Shown: in pieces, positions 44,514 to 52,909 of the stretch | How the letters are laid out: the number at the start of each line of letters is the position of its first letter | How positions within the stretch are numbered: the stretch's first letter is position 1 | From: Rhizomicrobium sp. | GTDB taxonomy: Bacteria; Pseudomonadota; Alphaproteobacteria; Micropepsales; Micropepsaceae | DNA: 64,000 nt | NCBI GenBank assembly: GCA_035549575.1 | Contig: DASZQP010000073.1 | Location: 26,644-90,643, forward strand | Direction of reading: 5' to 3' | Translations under genes and position numbers: made by a program | The notes under the pieces: model-generated | The model's input: the letters and a program-made list of their open reading frames with translations, nothing else | Databases searched by the model: none | Told to the model about the DNA's origin: nothing

Positions 44514-46640
44514 ATGAACCGAATAATGCTAGCAGCGCTCGGCGCGCTCCTGCTCACAGGCGCCGCCGCCGCCGATGGTCCACCCCCGGCTCCGGCCTCA
44601 TCGCCGTCCGGCGGCAGCGCCGTCTATCCCGGCACGCAGACCTTCACCGCGCCGCATCGCCCGGCGCCTGCGTCGAGGCAGCCGAACGACGTCACGCTGA
44701 ACTTTCCCAACGCCGATGTGCACGAGGTCGCGAAGGCGATACTCGGCGACATCCTGGGACTGAACTATGCCGTCGATCCGTCGGCCACCGGCAATGTGAC
44801 GGTGCAGACCGCGGAGCCGGTCTCGCGCATCGACGTGCTGCCGATCCTCGAGGAGTCGCTGGCCGCGGCCAAGCTCGGACTGATCAAGAAGGGCAGCGTC
44901 TATACGATCATCCCCATCGACAAGGCCAAGCGCCAGCCGCAGCTCCTGAACGCGGACGAGCCGGGCTACGGCAGCGAGTCGATCATGCTGCGCTACGTCA
45001 ACGCGGTCGAGCTGAAGAAGCTGCTCGATCCGCTGGTGCCCGAAAACGCGATCAGCCAGGCCGATGCGGGGCGCAACATCCTGCTCATCACCGGCACGGC
45101 GGACCAGCGCAATGCCATGCGCGAGCTGATCAAGCAGTTCGACGTGAACTGGCTGCGCGGCATGTCGTTCGCCCTGCTGATACCCCAGCGCACCGACGTT
45201 CACATGCTTCAGCCCGAGCTCGACGCGATCGTGAACACGCAGGGCGCTCCCACCCAGGGTCTGGTAAAGCTCGTGGTGATCGACCGCCTCAACGGCATCC
45301 TGGCGATCTCGCCGCAGCCGCAATATCTGACCGACCTCAAGAAATGGATGGAGGTCCTGGATCGCGCCGGCGGAGACAACGACCGCAAGCTCTTCGTCTA
45401 TCACGTGCAGAACGGCCGCGCCGCCGATCTGGCGACCGTGCTCATCAACGCGTTCGGCGGCGGGCAGGGTGCTCAGAGCACGACGCCGAAACCGGCCGCG
45501 CCGAACCTGGCGGCGACCGGCCAGCCCTCGCAGATCGGATCGACCCAGACCGGCTTCGGCGCAAGCGGGCAGCAGACCGGCTTCGGCTCGTTCCAGTCCG
45601 GCAGCACCGGCTACCAGCCCGGCGGAGGCTTCGGTTCGAACACGCAGACCGGGGACCAGACCGGCACCGGCTCGACGGTGGGCGGGCAAGGCTCCAACCA
45701 GCCGCAGAACGTCTCGCAGACGCTTCAGCTTCCCGGCGGCGGCACGCCGATCAGCGTCAGCTCCGACGAGACCAACAACGCCATCGTCGTGTATTCCACG
45801 GGCCGCCAGTTCGGCATCATCAAGGATGCGCTGCATCAGCTCGACGTCGCGCCCCTGCAGGTCGTGATCGAGGCCGCGATCACCGAGGTATCCCTCACCA
45901 AGGAGCTGCAGTTCGGCGTGCAATGGCTGCTCAAGACCGGCGTCGGCAATGTCGGATTCTCGCAGGGCACCGACGCCAACCCCACCCAGGTCTTTCCGGG
46001 CTTCTCCTACATCACCTCGGGCAACGAGATCACCGCCACGCTCAACGCGCTGCAGAGCATCACGACCGTGCGGGTGATTTCCGCGCCGAAGGTGATGGTG
46101 CTCAACAATCATACCGCGTCGCTGCAGGTGGGCGACCAGGTTCCGGTCTCGACGGGAAACCTGGCCACCGGCGGCACGACCGAGCCCACGGTGGTCAACG
46201 AGATCCAGTACATGCCCACGGGCGTGCTGCTCACGGTCACGCCGCGCGTCAACGACAGCGGACTTGTCCTGCTCGACATCATGCAGGAGGTCAGCGACGT
46301 GAAGAAGACGACCTCGTCCAATCTCGACACGCCGACCATCGGCGACCGGAAGTTCACCAGCTCGATCGCGGTGCATGACGGGCAGACCATCGCGCTGGGC
46401 GGGCTGATCCGGGACAACAACAGCCATGGCCGCGACGGAATCCCGTTCCTGTCGCAGATTCCCTATCTCGGCTCGCTGTTCGGCTCGACCGACAACACGG
46501 ACGATCGCGTAGAACTGCTCGTGCTGCTCACGCCGCGCGTCATCCGCAACGCCCAGGACGCCAAGACCATCACCGACGAGCTCAAGGAAAAGATCGGGAC
46601 CGTTGCGCCGCCGGGTCCGCCCAGGGGAGTGATCAACTGA
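44514..46640 (+). CDS. gspD: type II secretion secretin GspD
   Basis: Signal peptide, N0-N3-type domains, and a Gly/Gln/Thr-rich linker. Secretin core ...VISAPKVMVLNNHTASLQVGDQVPV...GGLIRDN...IPYLGSLFG. 708 aa. Confidence 0.93.
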   Translation: MNRIMLAALGALLLTGAAAADGPPPAPASSPSGGSAVYPGTQTFTAPHRPAPASRQPNDVTLNFPNADVHEVAKAILGDILGLNYAVDPSATGNVTVQTAEPVSRIDVLPILEESLAAAKLGLIKKGSVYTIIPIDKAKRQPQLLNADEPGYGSESIMLRYVNAVELKKLLDPLVPENAISQADAGRNILLITGTADQRNAMRELIKQFDVNWLRGMSFALLIPQRTDVHMLQPELDAIVNTQGAPTQGLVKLVVIDRLNGILAISPQPQYLTDLKKWMEVLDRAGGDNDRKLFVYHVQNGRAADLATVLINAFGGGQGAQSTTPKPAAPNLAATGQPSQIGSTQTGFGASGQQTGFGSFQSGSTGYQPGGGFGSNTQTGDQTGTGSTVGGQGSNQPQNVSQTLQLPGGGTPISVSSDETNNAIVVYSTGRQFGIIKDALHQLDVAPLQVVIEAAITEVSLTKELQFGVQWLLKTGVGNVGFSQGTDANPTQVFPGFSYITSGNEITATLNALQSITTVRVISAPKVMVLNNHTASLQVGDQVPVSTGNLATGGTTEPTVVNEIQYMPTGVLLTVTPRVNDSGLVLLDIMQEVSDVKKTTSSNLDTPTIGDRKFTSSIAVHDGQTIALGGLIRDNNSHGRDGIPFLSQIPYLGSLFGSTDNTDDRVELLVLLTPRVIRNAQDAKTITDELKEKIGTVAPPGPPRGVIN

Positions 46641-47482
46641 CCGCAGGCCGGGAACGCGGCTACGCCATGATTGCGGCGATCATCGGGGTCGCGGCGTTCG
46701 GCTTCGTCGCGTTCCAGATGATCGCGCAGAACCGCGGCGTGCTGGCGGAAGTCCGCGCCGAGGCGGAGCAGGCCAAGCTCGAGGCGGCGTGCGATGCGGG
46801 GCTCTACATGGCCATCGCTGGCCTGGGCGTGCGCGACGTCACCCAGCGCTGGTCGATCGACGGGCGGCCGCGCGTCGCCTCCTTCGGCGATACGGTGCTC
46901 ACGATCACGGTGGAGGACGAGCGCGGCAAGGTGCCCCTCAACGGCATCATCGAGGAAGAAGTCCACGACATCTTCGCGGACGCGGGCGCAACCGGCGCAC
47001 AGCTCACCACCGTGGTCCAGGCCTATGAGGACTGGGAAGACACCGACAACACGCCCCGTCCGGGCGGGGCGGAAGCGCGGGACTACGCCAGCCTCGGCTA
47101 CAAGCCGCGCAACGGCGGGTTCCGCACCGTGGGGGAGCTGCGCATGCTCAAGGGCATGACCGATCAGCTCTACGAACGCATCGCGCCGGCGGTCACGACC
47201 TTCTTCGGAGAGAGCGGCGGATTCAGCGAATCCACCGCCCAGCCCCTCGCGCTCGAGGTTCTCGGCGAGCTCGAGCCGAACTCGCCGGAGGTGATCGAGC
47301 GCATCAAGGAGCTTACCGGACAGGCGCCGGTTCCGGAGACTCTGGCGAAGGCCAGCCTCATCGCGCGCACGCTCACCGTGCGGGTGGTGGCGCAAAAGGG
47401 CGCGGCCTATCTCAAGCGCACGGCGATATTCGAGTTCACAAACAATCCCAAGGATCCGTACTGGATCCGCTACCTCGACTAG
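46637..47482 (+). CDS. gspK: minor pseudopilin GspK (proposed CTG start; the conservative ATG start is 46667)
   Basis: GspK-type core ...DWEDTDNTPRPGGAEARDYASLGYKPRNGGFRTVGELRMLKGM. The expected N-terminal RG-x-A-hydrophobic motif (GRERGYAMIAAIIGV) lies upstream of the first ATG. CTG 46637 overlaps the gspD stop (CTGA). Confidence 0.72.
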   Translation: MTAGRERGYAMIAAIIGVAAFGFVAFQMIAQNRGVLAEVRAEAEQAKLEAACDAGLYMAIAGLGVRDVTQRWSIDGRPRVASFGDTVLTITVEDERGKVPLNGIIEEEVHDIFADAGATGAQLTTVVQAYEDWEDTDNTPRPGGAEARDYASLGYKPRNGGFRTVGELRMLKGMTDQLYERIAPAVTTFFGESGGFSESTAQPLALEVLGELEPNSPEVIERIKELTGQAPVPETLAKASLIARTLTVRVVAQKGAAYLKRTAIFEFTNNPKDPYWIRYLD

Positions 47483-47492
47483 CCGCGCGCCG

Positions 47493-47514
47493 CGCCGGCC
47501 GGGAAGGGCCGGCG
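47493..47514. terminator. GC hairpin between convergent gspK and the prepilin peptidase gene
   Basis: CGCCGGCC-GGGAAG-GGCCGGCG, 8-bp stem. No clear U-tract. Confidence 0.35.
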
Positions 47515-47525
47515 GACGCCTGCGC

Positions 47526-48173
47526 CTATATCATCGGCGCGAAGAATTCCGGCGGTCCGTAGAGCCAGACGAGCCAGATGCCGATGCAGAGCGCGGTGCC
47601 GAACGGAATGCGCTCGCGCAGCCCCTCCCGCCCGCGCCGGATCGTCGCGACCCCGACCCAGACGAGTCCGACGGCGCAGGCGAAAAGGACGACATAGGGA
47701 AGCGGCTCCCATCCGAGCCACGCCCCCGCGGCGCCCGCGAGCTTGACGTCTCCCAAGCCCAGTCCCTCCTCGCCGCGCAGGCGGCGATAGGTGGCGGCGA
47801 CCGCATAGAAGAGAAGCATCGCAATCAGGGCCGCAGCGATGTGCCCGACGATGTCGCGCGCCGGCAGGATCAGCGACACGCCGAGCCCTGTCACGATCAG
47901 CGGCAGCGTGAGCAGGTCGGGAAGCCGGAACGCGAGCGCATCGACTGCCGCCAGGACCAGCAGGGCCCAGCCCAGACCCAGGGTGACGGCAAGGAGCGGC
48001 AGGGACGGCATGATGACGGTGGCCCATGCGCCAAGCGCCGCCGCGCCGGCTATCATCGTCCAGACGGAGGGATGCGGGCTTTCCGCCAGCCGGCGCGCGG
48101 CCACCGCCGCTGCGTATCCGGCGGGTATCGCGCCCGCGGCGACAGCGGCGAAACAGGTATTGGAAACGATCAT
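47526..48173 (-). CDS. gspO: A24-family prepilin peptidase (GspO/PilD-like), short form
   Basis: Polytopic membrane protein with AAVDALAFRLPD and GLGDVKLAGAAG (both catalytic Asp contexts). No N-terminal CxxC domain. Start at ATG 48173, or 48215 per the track. Confidence 0.83.
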   Translation of the reverse strand: MIVSNTCFAAVAAGAIPAGYAAAVAARRLAESPHPSVWTMIAGAAALGAWATVIMPSLPLLAVTLGLGWALLVLAAVDALAFRLPDLLTLPLIVTGLGVSLILPARDIVGHIAAALIAMLLFYAVAATYRRLRGEEGLGLGDVKLAGAAGAWLGWEPLPYVVLFACAVGLVWVGVATIRRGREGLRERIPFGTALCIGIWLVWLYGPPEFFAPMI

Positions 48174-48366
48174 CGGTTCGGGAACCCTCGCGCCCTTGAC
48201 GGCGCACCCGCGCACGCCCGCATGTTTTCCACCCGGACGGGATGTTGCGCTCCCCGAGGCGATTTTTCACTTACCTCATACGCTATTTGGTGTCATTCTC
48301 AATTGCGAACGGAATGCGGACCGGTCGCGGACATCGGCGCGCGCAAGGGGATGAGGGGAGTCTGAC

Positions 48367-50076
48367 ATGAAAACATTCCTTTGCGGAATCCTGCTGGGGC
48401 TTTGGGTGGCGGCGCTTGTGCCCGGCCAGGCGCTCGCGGACGGCGGCGTATGTCCGAGGCCCGCGGGGCAGACGGAAATCCAGCAGCCGCCGGACATCTA
48501 CAGCGTCAACAACCTCATCGACATCAACCTCAACTACTACACCTCGATGGATGACGAAGGCAGGACGCTGTTTTGCTTCGTCACCGACGACGGCAAGGAA
48601 TCGCCCACGCTCCACGTCAAGCCGGGCGACACGATCAGGATAAAGCTGACGAACCAGGTGCCGGACGCCCCGGGTGCTCCTTCCGAGGTGGTGTCGAGCG
48701 GCGACCAGGTCTGCGGCGACGCGGTGATGACGATCACCTCGGTGAACATGCATTTCCACGGCACCAACACCTCGCCGAAATGCCATAGCGACGAGGTGAT
48801 CCGGACGCTGATCAATTCCGGCCAGACGTTTCAATACGTGCTGCGCATCCCGCCGGACGAGCCGCCGGGCCTCTACTGGTATCACCCCCATGTTCACGGC
48901 ACCTCCTCGCAGATGGTCCAGGGCGGATCGACCGGCGTGATCGAGGTCGAGGGAATCGAGAACATCCAGCCGATCGTGGCGGGGCTTCCGCAGCGCTATA
49001 TCGTGCTGCGCGACCAGCAGATGATGGGCGACGCACGCAAGGGCGCCGGGTTGCCGGCCGTGCCCAACTGGGACGTGTCGATCAACTACGTGCCGGTCGA
49101 CTACCCGAAATACTATCCCGCAACGATCACGATGCAGGCGGGCAGCCAGGAATTCTGGCGCGTGGTCAATGCCGGCGCCAACACGATCATGAACCTCCAG
49201 GTCCTCTACGACGGCGTGCCCCAGCCGCTGCAGATCGTGGCGTTCGACGGCGTGCCGACGGGCTCGAAAGACGGGCAACACCAGGGCAGCGTCGTCACGG
49301 AGGACACCGTCATTCTGCCTCCCTCCGGGCGGGTCGAATTCGTGGTCGCGGCGCCGGGCCCGGATGTCCAGAAGGCGCAGCTGGTCACGCTCGGAATCGA
49401 CGGCGGCGCGGCGGCCGACAGCAATCCCAAGCGGCCCTTCGCCAATATCCTGACGACGAAGAACCCGGTCCACCTCACCAGGATGCCCGAGCCGTCCGGC
49501 GCGATACGAAAGATGCGCTTCGACGATCTGGCCAACGCGAAGGTCACGGCCCATCGCGATCTCTACTTCTCCGAATATTTCAAGTCCTTCGGCCACGACC
49601 AGGAGCGCGTCGATTTCTTCATCACCGTGGACGGGCAGGCGGAGAAGCTCTTCGACCCCAACAATCCGCCCGCGATCACCACCACCAAGGGTGCCGTCGA
49701 GGAATGGCGCATCGAGAACCGCACCCAGGAGCTCCACGAGTTCCACATGCACCAGATCCACTTCCTGGTGACGGCGATCGACGACGTGCCGATTCCCAAG
49801 AAGAAGCAGCAGCTCTACGACGTGTTCCAGGTCGGATACTGGGACGGCGTCAGCGCCACCAAGCCCAGCATCACCGTCAAGCTCGACTTCCGCGGCCCGA
49901 CCGTCGGCGACTTCGTCTATCACTGCCACATTCTCGATCACGAGGACGCCGGCATGATGGCGATCATCCGCGTGCTGCCCCGGGGCACGCCGGCGAGCCC
50001 GCCCCGCGCCGCCAGCGCGGCCGCGCCCGTGCGGCTTGCGGCGGCCTGGCCCCACGCGGTGCTCGCCTCGCCCTAG
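48367..50076 (+). CDS. secreted multicopper oxidase (laccase-like)
   Basis: Signal peptide MKTFLCGILLGLWVAALVPGQALA. Copper ligand motifs HFHG, WYHPHVHG, HEFHMH and YHCHILDHEDAGMM. Confidence 0.9.
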   Translation: MKTFLCGILLGLWVAALVPGQALADGGVCPRPAGQTEIQQPPDIYSVNNLIDINLNYYTSMDDEGRTLFCFVTDDGKESPTLHVKPGDTIRIKLTNQVPDAPGAPSEVVSSGDQVCGDAVMTITSVNMHFHGTNTSPKCHSDEVIRTLINSGQTFQYVLRIPPDEPPGLYWYHPHVHGTSSQMVQGGSTGVIEVEGIENIQPIVAGLPQRYIVLRDQQMMGDARKGAGLPAVPNWDVSINYVPVDYPKYYPATITMQAGSQEFWRVVNAGANTIMNLQVLYDGVPQPLQIVAFDGVPTGSKDGQHQGSVVTEDTVILPPSGRVEFVVAAPGPDVQKAQLVTLGIDGGAAADSNPKRPFANILTTKNPVHLTRMPEPSGAIRKMRFDDLANAKVTAHRDLYFSEYFKSFGHDQERVDFFITVDGQAEKLFDPNNPPAITTTKGAVEEWRIENRTQELHEFHMHQIHFLVTAIDDVPIPKKKQQLYDVFQVGYWDGVSATKPSITVKLDFRGPTVGDFVYHCHILDHEDAGMMAIIRVLPRGTPASPPRAASAAAPVRLAAAWPHAVLASP

Positions 50077-50207
50077 TCCCGCGTTCCACGGCGGAGGCGG
50101 CATCGCGTTCCGCGCCGTGCCGGCGTATTCGCAACCAATTGTTGTGGTTTCGTTAATGAGCGCGCCGCTACTGTCGGGCCGTGTTCCGGCGCGATGGGAC
50201 GGCGCCC

Positions 50208-51353
50208 ATGCTCAAAAATCTCTACGGCGAGCCGCGTGCCCCGCGCACGCAGCAGGAGCTGAACGTCATTCTGCTTGCCCATGAGCGCTACGTCTCCTTT
50301 CGCGGCGGCTCGCGGGCGCAGCTTGCGCATGCCGAGCTCGACGGCCTCGTGCTCGCGAACCGCAATCTGGCGGAGGCGGATTTTTCGGGCGCCTCGCTGG
50401 TCGGCGCGAGTCTCTACGGATCGAACCTCGAGCGCGCCAGCCTCTACTGCGCCGATCTGCGCGACTGCAACCTCCAATCGGCGATGCTCGCGCGCGCGGA
50501 TCTGCGCGGCGCGTCGTTCAAGGGCGCGAAACTGTCCTACGCCGTGCTCGACAATGCCGATCTGCGCGCGGCGATGATGATGTATGTCGGCCCCGGCGGG
50601 GTCTCCCTCGTCGACCGCGAGCGCGCCGGCGGCGGCGAGGGCGCAACGGGCGTCGATTTCTCGAACTGCTCGATGAAGGGCGTCTCGTTCGGCAATGCGA
50701 AGCTGGACGGCGCGAATTTCACCGACGCGATCCTGCACGGCGCGAATTTCAAGAACGCCAGGCTGACCAACGTCACCTTCCGCAACGCGGTTTTGACGGG
50801 CGTCAACCTGGCCGAACTCCAGGTGCCGCCGGAAGCGATCGCCGGATGCGTCGGCGACGTCACGCCGCAGGCGGCCGCCAGATTCGAGACGCTGAAGGCG
50901 CGGCTGGAGGCGCACCAGATCTGGGTGACGTCGTTCGGCGCGCAGGGCGCTCCGGCGAATTTCGAGGGCGAGGATTTGCGGCCGCTGCAGGGACTGCTGG
51001 TCGGCAGGTCGCTGGCCGGCCTCTGTGCGCGCAATGCCGTCTGCGTCGGCCTGGATTTCTCGGGAAGCCAGCTTCAGGCGGCGAAGCTCGACGGCGCCGA
51101 CCTGCGCGATGCGAATTTCTCGAACGCCGATCTGCGCGGCGTGTCCCTGCGAACGGCGAAGCTCACGCACGCAAGGTTCGGCAACAGCAATCTCGGCCGC
51201 TTGCCGCTCACCAACGGTACCTCGCTCGCACCCGACCTTTCCGGGGCCGATGCGAGCGAGGACCAGTTCCGCGGCGCCATGTTCGACGACAAGCTGGCGT
51301 CGCTCGGTTTTGTTCCGGCACGAATGCCGGGTGCGCCGCCGGCCGGACCGTAA
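50208..51353 (+). CDS. pentapeptide-repeat protein
   Basis: Long runs of A(D/N)LxX pentads (ADFSGASLVGASLYGSNLERASLYCADLRDCNLQSAMLARADLRGASFKGAKL...). The start could also be GTG 50181. Confidence 0.85.
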   Translation: MLKNLYGEPRAPRTQQELNVILLAHERYVSFRGGSRAQLAHAELDGLVLANRNLAEADFSGASLVGASLYGSNLERASLYCADLRDCNLQSAMLARADLRGASFKGAKLSYAVLDNADLRAAMMMYVGPGGVSLVDRERAGGGEGATGVDFSNCSMKGVSFGNAKLDGANFTDAILHGANFKNARLTNVTFRNAVLTGVNLAELQVPPEAIAGCVGDVTPQAAARFETLKARLEAHQIWVTSFGAQGAPANFEGEDLRPLQGLLVGRSLAGLCARNAVCVGLDFSGSQLQAAKLDGADLRDANFSNADLRGVSLRTAKLTHARFGNSNLGRLPLTNGTSLAPDLSGADASEDQFRGAMFDDKLASLGFVPARMPGAPPAGP

Positions 51354-51368
51354 CGGCGCGGCGCGGCG

Positions 51369-52376
51369 TCAGTTCGGCTTGATCGAGCCGAGCAGTCCGT
51401 GGGCCTCGTCGTCGGGGCCGGCGGAGAACTGCACCGTCGACTGGCCGGGACCCGCGTCGAGCGCCCACAGCCCGTCGATCTTCAGCGGCTTGCCGTTCGT
51501 GCCCTTCAGCGTGCCGAGGAAATCGCCGGTGTTGGGATCGTAGGCGTTGATCTTGCCGTCGCCGAAATTGCCGACGAGAAGGGCGTTGGCGAACTCGCCG
51601 AAGCTGGAAGGCGCGATCGCGAGGCCCCACGGCGCGTTCAGCTTTCCGTTGGCGATCAGGTGGGTGAGGAGATTGCCGCTGAGGTCGAACACATCGACAT
51701 AGCCGCGGTGCTTGCCGGCCCTTTCGTCGATGCTGTGCTTCGCCCGCTCGGCAAAGGCGACGTAGATCTTGCCGCCGAGAACCTGCACGTTGAAGGGCGC
51801 GTAGTTCTTCGGAAGGCTCGGATCGGTGAAGCTTCCCACTTCCGTCCAGTTCGTGTCGATCATCTGCACCCGGTTGTTCCTGAAGTCGGCCGTGAGCAGA
51901 TGCTGGTTGGCGGTGTCGATGGCGATGCCCTTGTAGGCGGACTTCTGCGCCGAGCCGTCATAGCCGACGATGGCGTTGAAGTTGTCGAGCGAAGGAGCCC
52001 AGCAGGAGATCAGGCCGGATTCGGTATCGTAGGCGAAGGAGCAGTGTCCGCTCTGGCCGTTCTTGGTCACGTTGAAACCGACATTCGACGGCACCGAGAC
52101 GATGCCGGTCGGCGCGCCGGCGACGGCGACCACGGGGCTTTGCTTGTTTCCGGTGACGCGGTCGTAGAACGTCGATTTGTCGGTGCCGTTGTCCGAAACC
52201 CAAACCGGCGCGCCGTCGAAACTCTGCGCAAGTCCCCACGGATTGACGAGATCGGGATCCTGCACCTGCGCGACGCCTGCCTGATCGGAAACGAGCGGCG
52301 TTATGGTGTAGCCGGCGGCGAGCGCTGGCGAAGCGAACAGCGCGAGACACGCTGCGAGGCTGATCGAGTACTTCAT
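51369..52376 (-). CDS. exported TIGR03118-like (NHL/beta-propeller) protein
   Basis: Signal peptide MKYSISLAACLALFASPALA, then YTITPLVSDQAGVAQVQDPDLVNPWGLA, which I recall as the TIGR03118 family N-terminus. 335 aa. Confidence 0.75.
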   Translation of the reverse strand: MKYSISLAACLALFASPALAAGYTITPLVSDQAGVAQVQDPDLVNPWGLAQSFDGAPVWVSDNGTDKSTFYDRVTGNKQSPVVAVAGAPTGIVSVPSNVGFNVTKNGQSGHCSFAYDTESGLISCWAPSLDNFNAIVGYDGSAQKSAYKGIAIDTANQHLLTADFRNNRVQMIDTNWTEVGSFTDPSLPKNYAPFNVQVLGGKIYVAFAERAKHSIDERAGKHRGYVDVFDLSGNLLTHLIANGKLNAPWGLAIAPSSFGEFANALLVGNFGDGKINAYDPNTGDFLGTLKGTNGKPLKIDGLWALDAGPGQSTVQFSAGPDDEAHGLLGSIKPN

Positions 52377-52636
52377 ATTTTTCTCCCCAATGAATCGAGT
52401 TGATTTCGAATGCGCAATTGCTGCGGTTCAAGAGCGGGGCGGAGCCTGACACCGCATCGCGCGATTGCCAAGTGCATGGCACAAGCGAAATGCGCGTATG
52501 TCACCGAATATTGATTGTCTTACATCGTATTGTTCGCGCAGCCGCGTGCGACGTGCTTTTTTCGACCTCTCCGTTGCGATCCGCGCGGCGAATTCCCGGT
52601 TTGTGACATTCGCGTTCCGGGCGAGACGCGACGCGA

Positions 52637-52909
52637 TCAGGTCAGAACGTCGCCCGCATCGGGATGGCTCCGGAACCACGCGACCGCATAGGGACAGGCC
52701 GCAACGATTCGAAAGCGTTGTTCGCGCGCGAGCGCGACGATGCCTTCCATCAGTCGCGCGGCCTCGCCCTTGCCGCGAAGCTCGGGCGGCGTCTCGACAT
52801 GCAGAATCGTGACGATGTCGCCCGCGCGGCGATAGGTTGCGAATGCCGTGCGCTCCGGCGCATCGAGTTCGAACCGCCGGCGCTCCTCGTTGTCGATGAC
52901 CTTGCCCAT
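52637..52909 (-). CDS. small GNAT-type N-acetyltransferase (YjdJ-like, about 90 aa)
   Basis: MGKVIDNEERRRFELD...LHVETPPELRGKGEAARLMEGIVALAREQRFRIVAACPYAVAWF. ATG 52909 overlaps the upstream stop (ATGA). Confidence 0.8.
   Translation of the reverse strand: MGKVIDNEERRRFELDAPERTAFATYRRAGDIVTILHVETPPELRGKGEAARLMEGIVALAREQRFRIVAACPYAVAWFRSHPDAGDVLT

Noticed and set aside
52377-52636. 260-bp lower-GC intergenic region upstream of the TIGR03118-like gene, inspected for a riboswitch, sRNA or small ORF
   Set aside because: I could find no convincing conserved-looking structure, no SD-preceded ORF and no terminator by eye. It is probably just a promoter and 5' UTR.
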